A stretch of 64,000 nucleotides of DNA from Podarcis tiliguerta (Eukaryota). The position numbers and the translations under genes are program-made. The notes under the pieces were generated by a model. That model saw only the letters and a list, made by a program, of their open reading frames with translations, was not told the origin of the DNA and made no database searches. Below, one piece after another: positions 36,346 through 50,300 of this stretch (its first letter is position 1; every line of letters starts with the position of its first letter). The stretch lies in NCBI GenBank assembly GCA_965153285.1, contig OZ229121.1. One strand, 5' to 3'.

Positions 36346-37746
36346 TACCCAGCATGCAATATCATTGAGATCTTGGAGCAGGGGCGAAGGGTGGCAGAAT
36401 AAGCCAGCGTGATCCCTGCCATGTGTTTTCTTGAACGTTAGCTGGGGATTAATACAGTGTTCATGGAAGATGTGCCATAGTCATATGTATGTACTCTATC
36501 TTTAACTCTTTATCCAGCCTCCCATTTTCAATTGGGGGACCAATGTATGGGGTTTGGGACAGATGGATGCAGCAGGGACATTGTTAGATGCACAGCATGG
36601 GGAGGACTTCCAGAAATCTGAATCCTGTTCCCTCTGTTACCATTCACCAGTTAACCCAATCTACTGTTTTGTCTTAATTTTATTTTTTAACTTAACTTAT
36701 AGTTATTTTTAACTTTGTCAGATGTCAAGCACAGTATTACAAAGCTACAGTTAAGGCTACAGAAAATGTCATCCCACATAGGCCAGTTTAAAGAACTAGT
36801 TTATGATACTAATTTCATAAACTGGGCGTTGGGGATGCAATTCAACTTTATATTTATTGAACGGCAGAACTGCAGGCTGTATGTAAAAACGTTCTTGAAA
36901 CTTAAAGGGGTTTCAAAATTATTTCAATATCAAGAGTTTGTTATACATAGAAAAGCCAGTTTAGTTGAGTTAGTGCAAGTTAACTTGCATTTTCAGAATT
37001 TTACTATCTTTTCTAGACTTAGTTTTGTTTCTGTGGTTTCTCAACAATCACCACCATTTATTTTTTCAGTTTTTGTTATGCTGTCAGTGACTACATTTCA
37101 TTACATTTTTGTCATTCTCATTCATAAAAAAATATTGTGGTACATTCTGTCTGCGCATCATATCTTTGCTGTAAGTGTGTTTTAGTCAGGAAATACATTA
37201 AAACCATGTTGTTGTTGTTTTAAAAACCCTAAAGTCGTTGCTCCTCACAATTTGCCCAACATGTAGCTGGTGTTTTATAACATGTTCACCCTAATCCAGT
37301 GACAGTGATTCTTCAATAGAAGAATTAGTTGCTCTGTGTGTGGCTGTAATGTTCAGGTAGTTGGCACTGGAACTTGATGTTGTAAAAGCTGAACATGTGA
37401 TCAATAAGATCCAGTCAGGCATGTTTAGTCTACTACACATCTCTGAATTGGGTTGATGCAGTTGATCAAGAGATCATAAAGACATATGATTTTATCATAT
37501 TTGTAGAAAACCATTTTGCAATGTGAACTGATATTTGAAAAACAGCTGTCTATGTGTTTGACTAAGGCCTACTCAGAGTAAGTAGATCCATTAATATGTA
37601 TATTTTAAGGGCATTTTGTAAAACTGATTCATATTGTATGGAAATATGGAAAGGATATGCTTATATATGTTTATATGCAACTGTGTTGTTCCCCTTAATG
37701 TATGAGAGACTCACTTGTTCTCCATGTGTATGCTCTGTAGCAGATT

Positions 37747-37829
37747 TACAGATATGTCACACATCCATTTTGTAACCATACCTATGTCATATACGTATGT
37801 TTACAAAATGGATATATGATATTTCTGTA
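37747..37829. mobile_element. 83-bp foldback, mariner-MITE-like
   Basis: 38-nt arms (37748-37785 and 37791-37828) are complementary at 32/38 positions around a 5-nt spacer. The ends read TACAG...CTGTA. Confidence 0.6.
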
Positions 37830-38481
37830 GTTAACAGGTATATATTACTAACTTGGATAATGTGTGAAGGGACCCTTGGAGTCCTGTTTTTGTTTTTGGT
37901 GCAGCTTCAGGCTTTGCTAGTGGGCATTTATTGGTGAATACTTAATCATTGCTGAAAACAGTAGGCTGCTCAACACTGGGCCTGTAGAGAAGAAACGTGG
38001 TGGGACTTCTGTGTCCTCTTTCACATCTAAAACAAAAATGAACGTCAGACACATATGGGCAAATATCTGCATGAGATTTCTGTAGTAAACTTGTCGGGTA
38101 GAATACAGACTCTTACATGAAGAAAGTTGTTAGATGGATTTGGGTTTACTAATAAGATAGAGATGAGTATATGAGCATTATATGATGTAAGGTAGAACAG
38201 GAGCCTGTCATTGGAGGGAGCAAATAATAGTTGGTTATGGATTAGAATAAGAGTTCCAAATGTTTTTGAGATAACTTGATAGACTGTAATAAGCCAGTAT
38301 CAAAGTTCATTATCTTGTGGAAAGTGACTGGTTACATTAAACATTTCATGTCATGAAATTGTAATGAGATGATTAAATGAGATTGTATGTTGCTAAGGGC
38401 ACCAGTATTTGAACAATGCTTTCAAAGAATCTATTAATACGTTTGTAAGCAGCCTTTGAAAGTTTCACCCTACAGTCAATA

Positions 38482-38691
38482 CAGTTGTACCTTGGTAGTC
38501 AAACGCCTTAGTCGTGGAACAAATCGGCTCCCGGTCATCACAAACCCAGAAGTGAGTGTTCTAGTTTGCATACATTTTTGGGAAGCTGAATGTCCAGTGT
38601 GGCTTCCAAGCGGTGCCTTGGTTTTTGAACCGTTTCAGGAGTTGAATGGACTCCCAGAACAGATTAAATTTGAGAACCAAAGGCATGACTG
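38482..38691. mobile_element. Tigger/pogo-like MITE
   Basis: TA|CAGTTGTACCTTGG ... CCAAAGGCATGACTG|TA. Confidence 0.8.
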
Positions 38692-39653
38692 TACAGGAGT
38701 ACCACAAGTAAGACACCAACTCCTTTCAGCAGACAACCCTTGCTGTCCCCAAACATGAAGTTTGTTGAGTTTTAGCTGAAGAGCTAAAGGCATTGCAAGA
38801 GTTAAAATATTTGTTTGGATTAGAATTGTACTGTATTTAATAAGTATTAGGAATGCCCAGCTATGCATCCTGTGAGACTGAGATTATTTTAAGAATATAA
38901 CAATTTTCTGTGAATATTAGAAATCGTGTTTGAAAATTAGGTTTATTGTGAATCTCCATGCTGGTAAAGGAATTACTGAATCTGCCTAGAAGAGTGCATT
39001 TTTATGAAATCCTCTGGCAGCCATGAAACAGCCCCCATTATAGCTTTGTGATTGCTGATATGCATTTCTGGGTTTCAATTCTGCAGGGTAGCCATTGATA
39101 CAAAACAGTTAATGCCAGCAGCCCAAGGAAAATTGAGATAATCTTACTTCACAAGAATGTTGTCTTAGAAGTATTTTGTTAGACCTGCAAAAGCAACAGG
39201 TTTTATTGAAAAATATTAAAATGTTAGCTTTGCATATTTTAAATAGAACTCCTTTGTGCTTGTGCATCTGGGTATGTGTGCTGTATGCTGCTGGCCCCAC
39301 TGGAGGTCTTCCACATTGCTACAGCGAATTTAATTAAAATAATCAGAAAATCTTAATGATACAATGATCTGAAGAAATGTAAATTATAGGGCACTTATCA
39401 TGTTGCAAAGTTATTCCAGGTTTCTTAGTACAGTACTGTTATTTACTGCATCTGAAGCCTGATGTCAGTCATTGATTACCATACAGGAACACTTTCCCAT
39501 AATGCCTTTCCTTGCCATTAACATGATATGAAGCCTCAGTAAACTCATTCTGAGTCTTCATAACCAAGGAGCTTTATTTGCCAGAACCAACCTCCAGGGT
39601 AGTGTATTAATGTGAAGACATATCATATGATAAAGAAGTAGGTTGTATTCACC

Positions 39654-39958
39654 CAGGGGTGGTCTGTGCATGAGGCAAAGCAAAGCCATTTGCCTCGGGT
39701 GGATCTGATTCTCTTCCCTCCCCCTCCTCGCCCCCACTGTTGCACTGCTGCCAGCACTTTCCAGGCTGTGGATCCACTGCAGTTCCCCTTGCCACTGTGT
39801 CCTCGCCATTGCTGTGGTCTTGTGGTGGCAGCGCAGCCACAGCCACAGTTGTGGTGATGGGTTGGGCAGCAGTGACAGCAGAGGGAGGGGGGGTAGGGCA
39901 CCAGATCTGCAGGGGGCAGGCATCAGGGGCATAGGCAAACTGTCTTGGGCCAGCCCTG
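39654..39958. mobile_element. hAT-type MITE
   Basis: TIRs CAGGGGTGGTC and GGCCAGCCCTG. The 8-bp flanks tattcacc and tatttatc match at 6/8, consistent with a hAT TSD. Confidence 0.7.
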
Positions 39959-40423
39959 TATTTATCAATGCTATACATAATGCAGGGACTAAACTTGGCT
40001 TTGTTTCACCCTGGTCAGAAAATTAGTTTGATGCCCTCCTATGCACATTTGTGTACACACATAGAGAGAGACTAGGAGCCTCAATGGCATCCCTCTGGAT
40101 GCTTCACCTGGGGCAAAAAAACTGGTTAGCCCCCCCCCCCCCCCCCGTAGTTACAGCTCTGCATCTTGGTAGCATTGGAAACAGCTAATCACACAAAGTA
40201 TTCTACATAACACAGTCTGTTTTGGAATATTGGAGTGTGACTTCAATTAGCAGGTCTGAGAACGGAAGCACTGTTCAGTCTTGCCTTTGCTTTGCATTTG
40301 CTGTAGTTGCACAAAGGTGTATTGCTCTTACTTTTGCTGCTGAGTTTGAGTCCATTTAAAGATTGTTTAAAGATTTAAAGATTAAAGATAGTGTTCTGAC
40401 AACTGTCTTATTTTCCCCACTAG

Positions 40424-40527
40424 ACATGTTATATATGTGATGAGCAAGGCAGAGAAAGTAAAGCAGCCACTGGCGCTTGCATGACTTGTAACAAGCATGG
40501 ATGCCGCCAGGCTTTCCATGTAACATG
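40424..40527 (+). CDS. MLLT10: MLLT10 exon 6 (PHD2)
   Basis: ccccactag|ACA...TG|gtaagt, 104 nt. Encodes TCYICDEQGRESKAATGACMTCNKHGCRQAFHVT(C). Confidence 0.98.
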
Positions 40528-41376
40528 GTAAGTAAGCAATTCCCACTTGCGTGCATTCCCGGTTTCCTCTCTCCAAGTTATATTGTTTTATTGCCCTGGT
40601 AGATGTGGCTCCATAGTGGCATGATTCCATTTAAAATAATCACTTGTTCTAGCATGGTTGTAGTAAGTACATTTCACTTAACCATTATTTCTATAACTCA
40701 TTGTACAATTTGTGCTGCGGTAGTGCAGAAAAAAGGCTTGATGTCCTCCCTACTCACAGACAGCAGTAACCTTAAGACATTTTTCTGATTAGATTTTCAA
40801 GTGCATGTTTACACACTCAGCTGAAAGATTATCTTTTATCTAAATAAGAACCTGTTTTAGGGAGCAGTTCTGTGTGTCCCGGGAGGGAGGCTGAGAGGTT
40901 GTAGAATGCTGTGGAGACGGAGGTCTATGGGCACAGGCCTCCTTAGTATGGTGGCATAAGTTCTGTTGCTGTCATTCTACTACCAACAGTGTTCTGAGGA
41001 TGGTAGTGAAACAGGGCCTTCTGGGACATATTGGGGAAGGCATTGCATCCACTTGATCCCAGACCCCATTGTTGTCTGGACCTGCCAACAGAAAGGGAGA
41101 AAAAACTATTTCCCCTTTCATTACTTCCCTTCCCATTAGTGTCAATGGGAGGGGGGGAAATTAGAAGGCTGAAAGGAGGGGAGTGGAACCTCTGCCTCCC
41201 AGCTCCTGACTTCCACCTTGACCAGCCCAAGCTGGGAGAGCTTAGGAAGTGGCGTTCTCTCTACCAAATATCCCTCCCCCTGACAACTGTGGGATTCCTC
41301 TCCTAAATATTTTGTTGAGCAGTTACATTTTCCATCTTCAATATCTGATTTCTTCCTCTCTTTTGCTTCTTCTCAG

Positions 41377-41470
41377 TGCACAGTTTGCAGGACTTCTTTG
41401 TGAAGAAGAAGGAAATGGTGCAGATAACGTACAGTATTGTGGCTACTGTAAATACCATTTCAGTAAGCTG
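41377..41470 (+). CDS. MLLT10: MLLT10 exon 7 (end of PHD2)
   Basis: cttctcag|T GCA...CTG|gtaaga, 94 nt. Encodes AQFAGLLCEEEGNGADNVQYCGYCKYHFSKL. Confidence 0.98.
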
Positions 41471-42071
41471 GTAAGAATCTGTTGAATTTAGTGTTTCAAA
41501 TATTGTATTTTACTAATAACATGTACATTTAACAATTGGCCACTAACAAGGCGTTGCTTTTACTAAATAGTAAATAGTGTAATCTTGTGGTCATTTTTAA
41601 AAATTTAGTGAATGACAATTTTGACTTTCCAGTTTTACTTCATTTTACATCTTTGTTATGGGAATAGCCTGTGGAACACCCACATTTTAATACTAGATGT
41701 GTACCTTGCCTTATAAAGAAAAAGCTTCCTAACCAAATCAGACAGTCATCCAGTCCATTGTTCTTGCAGCAGTGCCGCCCCCCATCCCAGATATCTCTGG
41801 GAAGCCCCAAATCAGAACATGATGGTAATAGCCATGCACTGATCTCTGTCCCCTGTAGATAGTAAGGTTCCTTTTTAGCTATCATAATAATAGCAACTAG
41901 CTGGCTTCCTGATAATCTTGCTCTTATTTAAACTAATATTTTTAAAAATAGCAATTCTTTTTTTTCTGGCTTGTTTTATGTACATTTGGTTTGTCAGAGC
42001 ACTTCACTATGTTTCAATTCAGGCAAGCCCTGCAATTTTTGAAAGAAAAATTATTGACTTTTATAGCACTC

Positions 42072-42402
42072 TTTATTATTTGCATTGCTTATGTGCCACC
42101 CTAAAACAAAAACTATCTGCGCTGCTTTGAACATAAAAATACACATTACAATAAAAGTACAATAAAAACAGCAATAAAATCAGAACAGTCAATTGAAAAA
42201 GGAGCAAATAAATAAATTCACAATTTAAAACATTGGAATAAAAGTTCACTGAATTAAATAATATTCAAAACACAATGTTCAAAGGCCTGGGAAAATTAGA
42301 AGGCCTTTCAGGTGGGGAGGAAAAACCTACCAGAGGAGGTGTGAGTCAGACCTCTCTAGAAACTGAATTCAACAAGTGGGGGGCTACTGGTGCAAAGGAC
42401 CT
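42072..42402 (-). mobile_element. L2 LINE 3' fragment, antisense
   Basis: The reverse strand reads RSFAPVAPHLLNSVSREV*LTPPL (like RAFSVVAP.LWNSLP.E.RLAPSL), followed by an L2-like tail. Confidence 0.7.
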
Positions 42403-43629
42403 TTTATTGATACTGCTATTTAACTACCCTTGCATCTTTCAGATTTATTGGTGCCTTTTTCCACCTGTTGTAGCTATTATTAAAGAAGTTTAAAATAATT
42501 TCCAAGCTTCTTGAAGTGATTTGGCTCTCCCAACTATGTATGTTTTAGCTTACTTTTGCCTAATAATAATCATAATATTAATGTTAATTCCCCATTTTAC
42601 AGTTTAATATGACTGAGGGAATTTCTGGTCATTTTTTCATATTCACTATATTTAAGCATGATTGTATTGTGTTCATTGTTTGCATCTTCTGCCAGATCCT
42701 ATTCACCATTTGGGATTAAATACATAGATTTTCTTTTTGGTGAGGTCCATGATTGACCATCCCATCTGGAGCCATTTATTGTCTCTAGAAAACTTGTGCC
42801 TATTGTGATACGATCCCCCCCCCCCTGAGAAATTTCATGGAGTCTCCTGTTATAATATTTCCAACCTTAGCTGCATCCCTGACAACCTTTTTGTAATTTA
42901 GCCTATTTTACAAGCCTAAATGGGAGTAAGTCTAACTGAATTCAATGAGATTTGCTTCTGAACTGACATGCGTAGGATTTATACTGTCAGTCACAATTAG
43001 AGCAATAGCCCTATATTATTATTTTTACTTTATTATTTTGGGGATAAACTTTATGTTCTAAGTTTTCTAATTTATTCAGTTAATTAATGCCATTTCTTTA
43101 AAAATTGTGAAGATAATCATATGCTGTTGAGTTTTCAGTATTCTCCTAGGTTTCTGATGCAGCAAATATAGCTATATTTTATTCCAATTCTGAGCTTCCT
43201 AATTTATATATTTTGTCCTTCTCCTAAAATCATTTTTCTGTGTAGGATTTCAAGTGACATTTGAGTATTTCTGAACAACTCCCATTAGTTTCTGTGCTTG
43301 TTGTCAGTTTCTGTTCTATCTGTACTCTGAGGGTGTAGATTAAGGCTCCAGATTGTTCCATTGCTGCTACATCTCTCTACCTGCATGACACCTGACATCA
43401 GGTGTGGGCAGGTGGGCATGGTTTGGGGGGGAAAGTGCCTTATGGGCCAAATTTGGTCCCATGTTGGGGCTGATTTGGCCTGAAGGCCACTGCTTCCCCA
43501 CCCCTGGTATACAATACCAGCTGCAAGTGATCCTGAAACAGATACTCCTCAGCACCTGCAGGTTGTTCACCAAAAGTTGGGCTTTACAACCTATGATTAT
43601 GTTGTAAAGGTTATAACCTAAATCATAGG

Positions 43630-43850
43630 TTACAGGGAATCAGACAGAGGGCCTTCTCGGTAGTGGCGCCCATCCTGTGGAACACCCTCCCTTCAGATGT
43701 GAAGGAAATAAGCAGCTATCCTATCTTTAAAAGACATCTGAAGGCAGCCCTCTTCAGGGAAGTTTTTAATATTTAATGCTGTACTGTTTTTAACATTTGA
43801 TTGGGAGCCGCCCAGAGTGGCTGGGGAAACTCAGCCAGATGGTACAAATA

Positions 43851-43897
<47 letters not shown>

Positions 43898-43920
43898 TTA
43901 TTTATTTATTTATTTATTTA
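43630..43920 (+). mobile_element. Young L2 LINE 3' fragment with (TAT)n/(TTTA)n tail
   Basis: Intact C-terminus RAFSVVAPILWNTLPSDVKEISSYPIFKRHLKAALFREVFNI* from 43648, with the same tail family as the copy at 28778. Confidence 0.9.
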
Positions 43921-45051
43921 AATGCTAGATTCTGATTCCTTTGGGATTCAAGATAAGCAAGTGTTGTCAAGGCAGAATGTGATCCAGAGATGTGGAATTA
44001 ATCTGATTTAACTTATTCATAAGCTATATATACTTAAGAGCTGACTAGTGAGGATTCTGCTGTGTATACAGGTTTTCCCCACTCTATCATATTAAAGTGT
44101 TAGACCTGAATTTGGTATTTCTCAGATCTCACAGGCAATGGACTCCCAGTAGGATGCCTGATATTTATCCTTGCTCAGTCCCTCCCCTTCCCAGGACACA
44201 CTTAAGTTCTGCAAAAGTTTCCTTTCCTTTCCCTTCTGATCTTCACTTGCTGCTACTGTAAACCCTCCTGACTTCCCACTTTCTTTTCCTGGATTTTTCC
44301 ATGCTTTGCCATGTGGATTTAGTCATCTTGCTTGCATTTCATTGTTGTGCTCATAGATATCGTCATGTCTTCTGGATTGGAATGGCAGCTCAGAATTGCT
44401 TGCCTCCCTGTAGCACTAGTATCAGCAGGAGGACTGTTTATTCTGCTGTCAGTAAATGCTAGAAACAACTATAACTGGAGTTGCCTTGGCTACTTGCTTT
44501 ACTTGAACACTAGTAGTAGGGATTAGGATTTTATTCTGTTCTTTTCTCCTCCCTGACAGCCTTAATATTTCATAAGGATCTCTGATCAAAGTGGAGTTAA
44601 GGTTTCAAATTCCACATCATAAGCAGGAATAACTCCACTGATTCAGTTGTTTGCATTTGACTACTGTACTTGCATTGATAGAAAAAGAAGGTTATCTATG
44701 TAAAATGATGTTACTATCTCACAGTTTACTAATGGCACAGCCAAGACTCTATAAACCTGCATGTCTGAGATCATGCAGTGGAGCTGACAGTATGGCTTCT
44801 GATGTAATATGTGCATTTTTAAATGTTTTCTGTATAGTAAGGGGATTGGGCGCTTTCTGTCCCCAGCCCACTCAGGAGTCAAATTTTGGATGTTTTGTTT
44901 GCATATTGGTGTACACAGCCACAACCTAAAATGTGCAACTTGTAAATTTCAGTTTTGTGGTATATAGGGCCGACTTGTGTTAGACTTTATGCACATAGAC
45001 TCCTATGCGAACAGATCCAGGGGCATGAAAGTACAACCACCTATTCTCTTT

Positions 45052-46095
45052 GAGAATATAAGGAAAGCCCTGTTGGATCAAGGCAGAGACCCATCTAGTC
45101 CAGCCAGATGCATATGGGCTGCCTGCAAACAGGACCTGAACACAAGAGCACTCTCCTCTGCTGTCGTTTCCAGAAGCTGGTATTCAGAAGCATGGCTGCC
45201 TCTGACTGTGGAGGCAGACCATTGTCATCATGACTACTAGTCACTGAAAGCTGTATTGTCCATTAAATTTTCTACTCCCCTTTTAAAGCCATCTAAGTTG
45301 GTGGCCATCTCTGCTTACTGTGGAAGTAAGTTCCATAGTTTAACTATGCATTGCACTTTCTTTTAACTGTCCCAAAATTTCCAACATTCATTGGAATGCT
45401 ACAAGTTTTTGTGTTGGATGGCTACAAGTTTTAGTGTAATGTGTTTAGTGTTGGTGTTATGAAAGAGGGAGAAAAACCTTTTTTCCATTTCCTCCATGCC
45501 ATGCATAATTTTATAAATTTCTATCATGTCACCTCTTTCTCACCTTTCCTATGATTTAAAAAGTCCAAAATGTTGCAACTTCCTCATGGGGGAGTTTTTT
45601 CAACACCTTGATCCTTTTGGTCACAGTTTTCTGAAACTCCACTTTCTACAACTGCCATTTATTCCTGATGCACAAGAGGACCTCTCCTTTTATTCCATGA
45701 CTGTTAAGCTTGGTCAGGAGCCAGAGTTTTTGAGAGTCCATGTACACATTATCTGTATGCTTCCTATCTCTCACAAAGACCCATAATAGGTTAGTAAGAC
45801 AGGACTTGCCGTTGTAGAAGCCATGTTGGCTCTGCTTCAGCAAGGCTTGTTCTTCTATATGCGTCATTATTTTGTCTTTGACAATTCTTTCCACCATTTT
45901 TCTTGGGATAAGCATTAAGCTATTTGGCCTGTAATTTCCAGGATTCTCCCAGTTCCCTTTTTAGAAATTGGTGCACACTGGCTGCTTTCTAGTTCTCAGG
46001 GACATGTTATATATTTTTGTTAGAATACCAACAAGTTCACATTTGAGTTCTTTGAGAACTCGCAAGTGAACGCCATCCAGACCAAGTGATCTATT
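45052..46095 (-). mobile_element. CR1 LINE fragment (RT region and 3' end, internally deleted)
   Basis: ORF 45646-45915(-) reads IPRKMVERIVKDKIMTHIEEQALLKQSQHGFYNGKSCLTNLL, a CR1 RT motif. CR1 3'-UTR-like sequence lies at the low-coordinate end. Confidence 0.9.
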
Positions 46096-47245
46096 AGGTG
46101 TAAAACTTCACCTCTTAGCAGCACTATCTGCCTCAGACATCTTTGCACTTGTAGCTCTCATAACCTTTGTATAGATCAGTAGTTGCCGTAGAATCATTAC
46201 AATTTTTCAAATTTCTGTGGCTTTCCTTGTTATGGAATGATGCCTGAAAAAGTACAGGATGGGGCTTTTTAAGGGGTTGGGCTTCTAATAATGAAAGACA
46301 CAGCTTTCCCCATGAACTCTCAATTAATATATTTAAACACCTGTTGTTCTGCAGTATTTTATAAATCCCTACTTTTCTCCAGTCAGCGACATGATACCTT
46401 GAAACAATAAAAATCATGCACGACAGAAAGTCCATGGAAAAATGTGTTGCCCAAGTAAGAAAGAGAGCATTAATTGAATGGTTGCAGAATTCTCCAGTGT
46501 ACTCAAACTTGCATTTTCTGGTTTTTAAAGCATAGAAAAAATTGAATTGTGCATTACTTTCTTCAGCACTATAAAAGTACCAAGTAAGTAATGTGCCAGA
46601 ATTATATTGAGGATTATTGAGGCTACAGTTGTTGAAGCCTTTATTTGTTATTTTTAAGCACTATGCAAATAAATACTGCATAGATAATAAAAAAATACAA
46701 GTCTAATATAAATTCATTCTTGGGAAATGTTTTAATACTTGGATTGACTCTTTAAATATTGCTACTTTTTTAAAGGTATTATTACCTATAAATACTGTTG
46801 ATTCTCAAATGGGTTGATTCTGAAGCAGCTACTTTTTAGCTGTTTAACTGTCAGCTTCAATGAGCAAGTGAATAGAAGTTGCTAATTCTTTAGGCTGGGA
46901 ACTACTAATAGGTGCTGTTTATTTAAGCCAGAAAGAGTTTGCTTCACATAAGCATATCTTAATATATGCAAATTCAGCAAAATAATGCTTTTAATCTTAT
47001 GATACTGACTTTATTAAAGGTACCTTTACAAATAGTGGCAGTGAAGATAGCAGGCTTTTGATTCTTGTCTTTTCATACTCCTCAGAACAGCTTTGTTTAG
47101 ATTATGAGTGTTTTGGTTAGCTCTGGAGTTATGAATTTGTGTTTTGATTGATAAGGTGCTTGTTCAGACATGGTGTAGATGGCTTTTACGTATATTCATT
47201 TCATGAATATATATATATATATGTATATATATTTTCTCTTTTTAG

Positions 47246-47341
47246 AAAAAGAGCAAACGGGCATCTAATAGGTCATATGATCAAAGTTTAAGTGATTCTT
47301 CCTCTCACTCTCAGGATAAGCACCATGAGAAAGAGAAAAAA
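47246..47341 (+). CDS. MLLT10: MLLT10 exon 8 (basic, Ser-rich segment)
   Basis: ctttttag|AAA...AAA|gtaagt, 96 nt. Encodes KKSKRASNRSYDQSLSDSSSHSQDKHHEKEKK. Confidence 0.97.
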
Positions 47342-50300
47342 GTAAGTGGATCTGTTACATAACACATCTGCTTTTATTGTGTTAGCACCTTCGAAATGTT
47401 TAATCAGTAATCATTAAATGTATGAGGATGTTTGGTTTATTCAGTGTGGGAAACAGCTATATTAATACTGTGTGCATGTTGATTCAGCGATAACAAGACC
47501 TAGTGGAGGAACTCTCCTTTTTGTTCCTTACATTTCATTCTACCAGTGTCCTTGTTTCAAGTTGCGGGGAAAGGGGATTAGAGTAGGGTTTCTTGCATGC
47601 AATTGATCTTATTATAGATTTTGTCATATAATAGTGAAGCTGGTTTTCATTTGACTATACGAGTAGCATACTAGTTCTTAAAAATATCAGTTTCTGCATA
47701 TCTTCTTATTGCAATCTTTCATGTACCCATTTCACTTCTGTTGAAGAAAGCTAGCTAGAAGTTGTTGGCTGATCTTTTGGTGGTACTTGCAATCTTTTCT
47801 GCATTGTAATTACATACAAGATGCTATTATCATTCATATGGAAAATTGTAATCTCAGTAAATTGTAAAAAATAAATCACTAAAGACTAATTGCATCCCTG
47901 TTGACTTGTTCTTCTTATACTTTGATTTTAGATAGTTTAGGGAAGAAGGTTGATTCAGTGTTGGTAAGTGAATACTTGCAAATTTTTGGCTCACAATACC
48001 AAATTTATAATTGCTTTAAGTTATTTGTTTTCCGTTGCATAGAACTAAAGCAGCAGATATAACTCAAACCTCCATAAGAGGAGAGTAGACTCTGTCTGGA
48101 TATTCCAAGCCTATGTTCAGTGTTACCTTGTTTTGTGAACTATTTGTTCGGGAAACGTCTCTGCTTTTCCAACTTGGCCATATTTGCTAGGATTCAGAAA
48201 GGTATACATTGAACTCGGCTCAACTTCTTGCTGGTGATGTGGGATGGGGCACAATCCTGAAATTGTATTTCATAAAATGTAATTAGCAAATAAATAAATC
48301 TATAAAATTCCAGTCAATCTGAGTAGTTTCAAGTTGTATCAGTCATAAATATGACTTCTGTAGTGCATGAAGAGTGATAAGCTGCCCATAGATTTGTTGT
48401 AGGTAGAACGATCCTATAGTGGAAAAGAATGCGGCTAACATACTTTTAAATTAGATTCACTTTAATCCAATCTGCAACTAACAAGTAGTATGTTTCTGCA
48501 GACAGACATAGTAAAAGTGAGGGTGCCAGTTTTGTTCCAGGCAATAGCTTTGAGAGTACAGGGGTTCTGAATCAAGGCAAAAAATCCGGTTTAGGCCACC
48601 AGAGTAAGAAGTCAAGGCAGGGTAAAGTCTCTGGGTTATGGCAATGCAAGGGTTTCAAGATTCTTTGGCACCCTGGATAACTCAATGCAAAACTCAGGCT
48701 AGAGACTCCATAACAGTAGAGATTAAATGTTGCCTGAGCATGGCAGGTTTTCAGACTTAATAGAAGCTGCAGCTCTATCTGAGTTACTAGTTTCACCTTA
48801 AGTGAGACAAGGTGCCTCATCCAGCCTGCCTTGACAGATTGGGAGAGTCTGTGGTTCTGTTAAGACTTCTGAGTTGGTGTTCTCTGAGTCAGAGGAGGGA
48901 AAGTGACTGGCATAATAGACTCCTCTTTCATTAGTACTTCTGGACTGGTCCTCTCAGAGGTCTAGAGAGGCCTGGGCCACTTCCAACTTTTGAGACCTCT
49001 ACTCAGAATAAAAACCACAAACAATGAGCCAACACACTAAAACAATACAATCCTTCCTCCTCCCAATTCAACAACCAAAAACTGTTTCCTTCAGACTCAG
49101 AGCAAGAAATACAAAGGGCCTGAGAACTAGACACACTGGTTGGATGGGAGAAATTTGCACAGTGGAAACTCTCTTCTCAAATATTTAGGCTGCAATTCTA
49201 ATCCCAATGAATTCAATATAATTTATTTCTTATGGTTAGGATTGCCCTTAAAATCAACAGGTTCTCTGCACATGTGTGCAAGTGCCTTAGATACGCACAA
49301 GGGCTCTTTGGCTCCTAGCCATAGATAACCCTAATTATCCTAATAATGCAAAAAGAGGCACAGTAGCTGTGTGTTGACATTTCCATCTTATAAGTGGGTA
49401 GAAGGCCAACAATTAGACGCTTTCTCAAGATTATTGACCAAGGCTCTTGGTTTTGTTTCCCACACCATGTCTCTAGGTCATACATAATATGAGGAATTTT
49501 TTATCTTGGGATTCTAGTTACATTCTCCCCACCTTTCTCGGCAGTTTGAATATACTTGTGCATTTGTCACACCAGGTTATTGACTACTAATCAGTTTTTT
49601 CCACTTTTGCAGGGGGGGAGGTATTCGTTATACTCAGTTGTAATTTAAATTGATGTATGGATATTTTAATATTTTAATATTCTGTTACTAAAGCTAACAG
49701 CATTAGAATAATAGAAACTAATAGGCAGTTCATTCCTGGAGTGTAGATCTTGTGGCATCATCCATGCATATGGGGGAATCCAAAAGGAGCCAATTGCCAG
49801 CTAAGCATGCTAAGTGGTCACAGAAGAGTGCCTTTTTGAGGAGGAGGAGTAATGCAAAACGGGGGATGGAGAGGAATTGGATATAGAATATCCTGGAAAA
49901 GGGCATAGCTGGCTGGTTGGAGCCCTTAACAGAAGCACTGCACACTGCCAAATGTTTTTGCAGGTCCCCTTTTATAGAACATTGCTGGACCCTGCTTGTC
50001 TGTTGGGTAGTTTCTAAACCATTTTAAATGATTATAGCCTGAGAGCTCAGTTTTTAAAGTAAACAATTTGTTCTTAATAGTAGCAATTGCAAAGAAATCT
50101 GCTTTATTTAATTTCAGTTTACAAAATTTCAAAATCCCTTGATAGATGAATTTAAGTTTTGAAAATGTCACGATTCTTCCATAATTGCAAACATGAGAGA
50201 CACGTTTTACAGTTAAAAGCCTATGCTGTGTTGCAGTGGGGGAGCAGACATTAATGAACTATTCATTTTAGTGTGTATCCTTCTTCAAGTCATAATGAAA

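Noticed and set aside
36715-37185. 156-aa ORF in intron 5
   Set aside because: AT-rich, non-ATG start, hydrophobic bias from T-rich DNA, and no homology.
41374-41390. Three CAG acceptors spaced 7 nt apart at exon 7
   Set aside because: The downstream CAGs fall within the conserved AQFAG coding sequence, and using them would shift the frame.
48560-48980. Possible decayed LTR (also ~19370-19700)
   Set aside because: Compositional impression only; no TG...CA ends, PBS or TSD could be confirmed.
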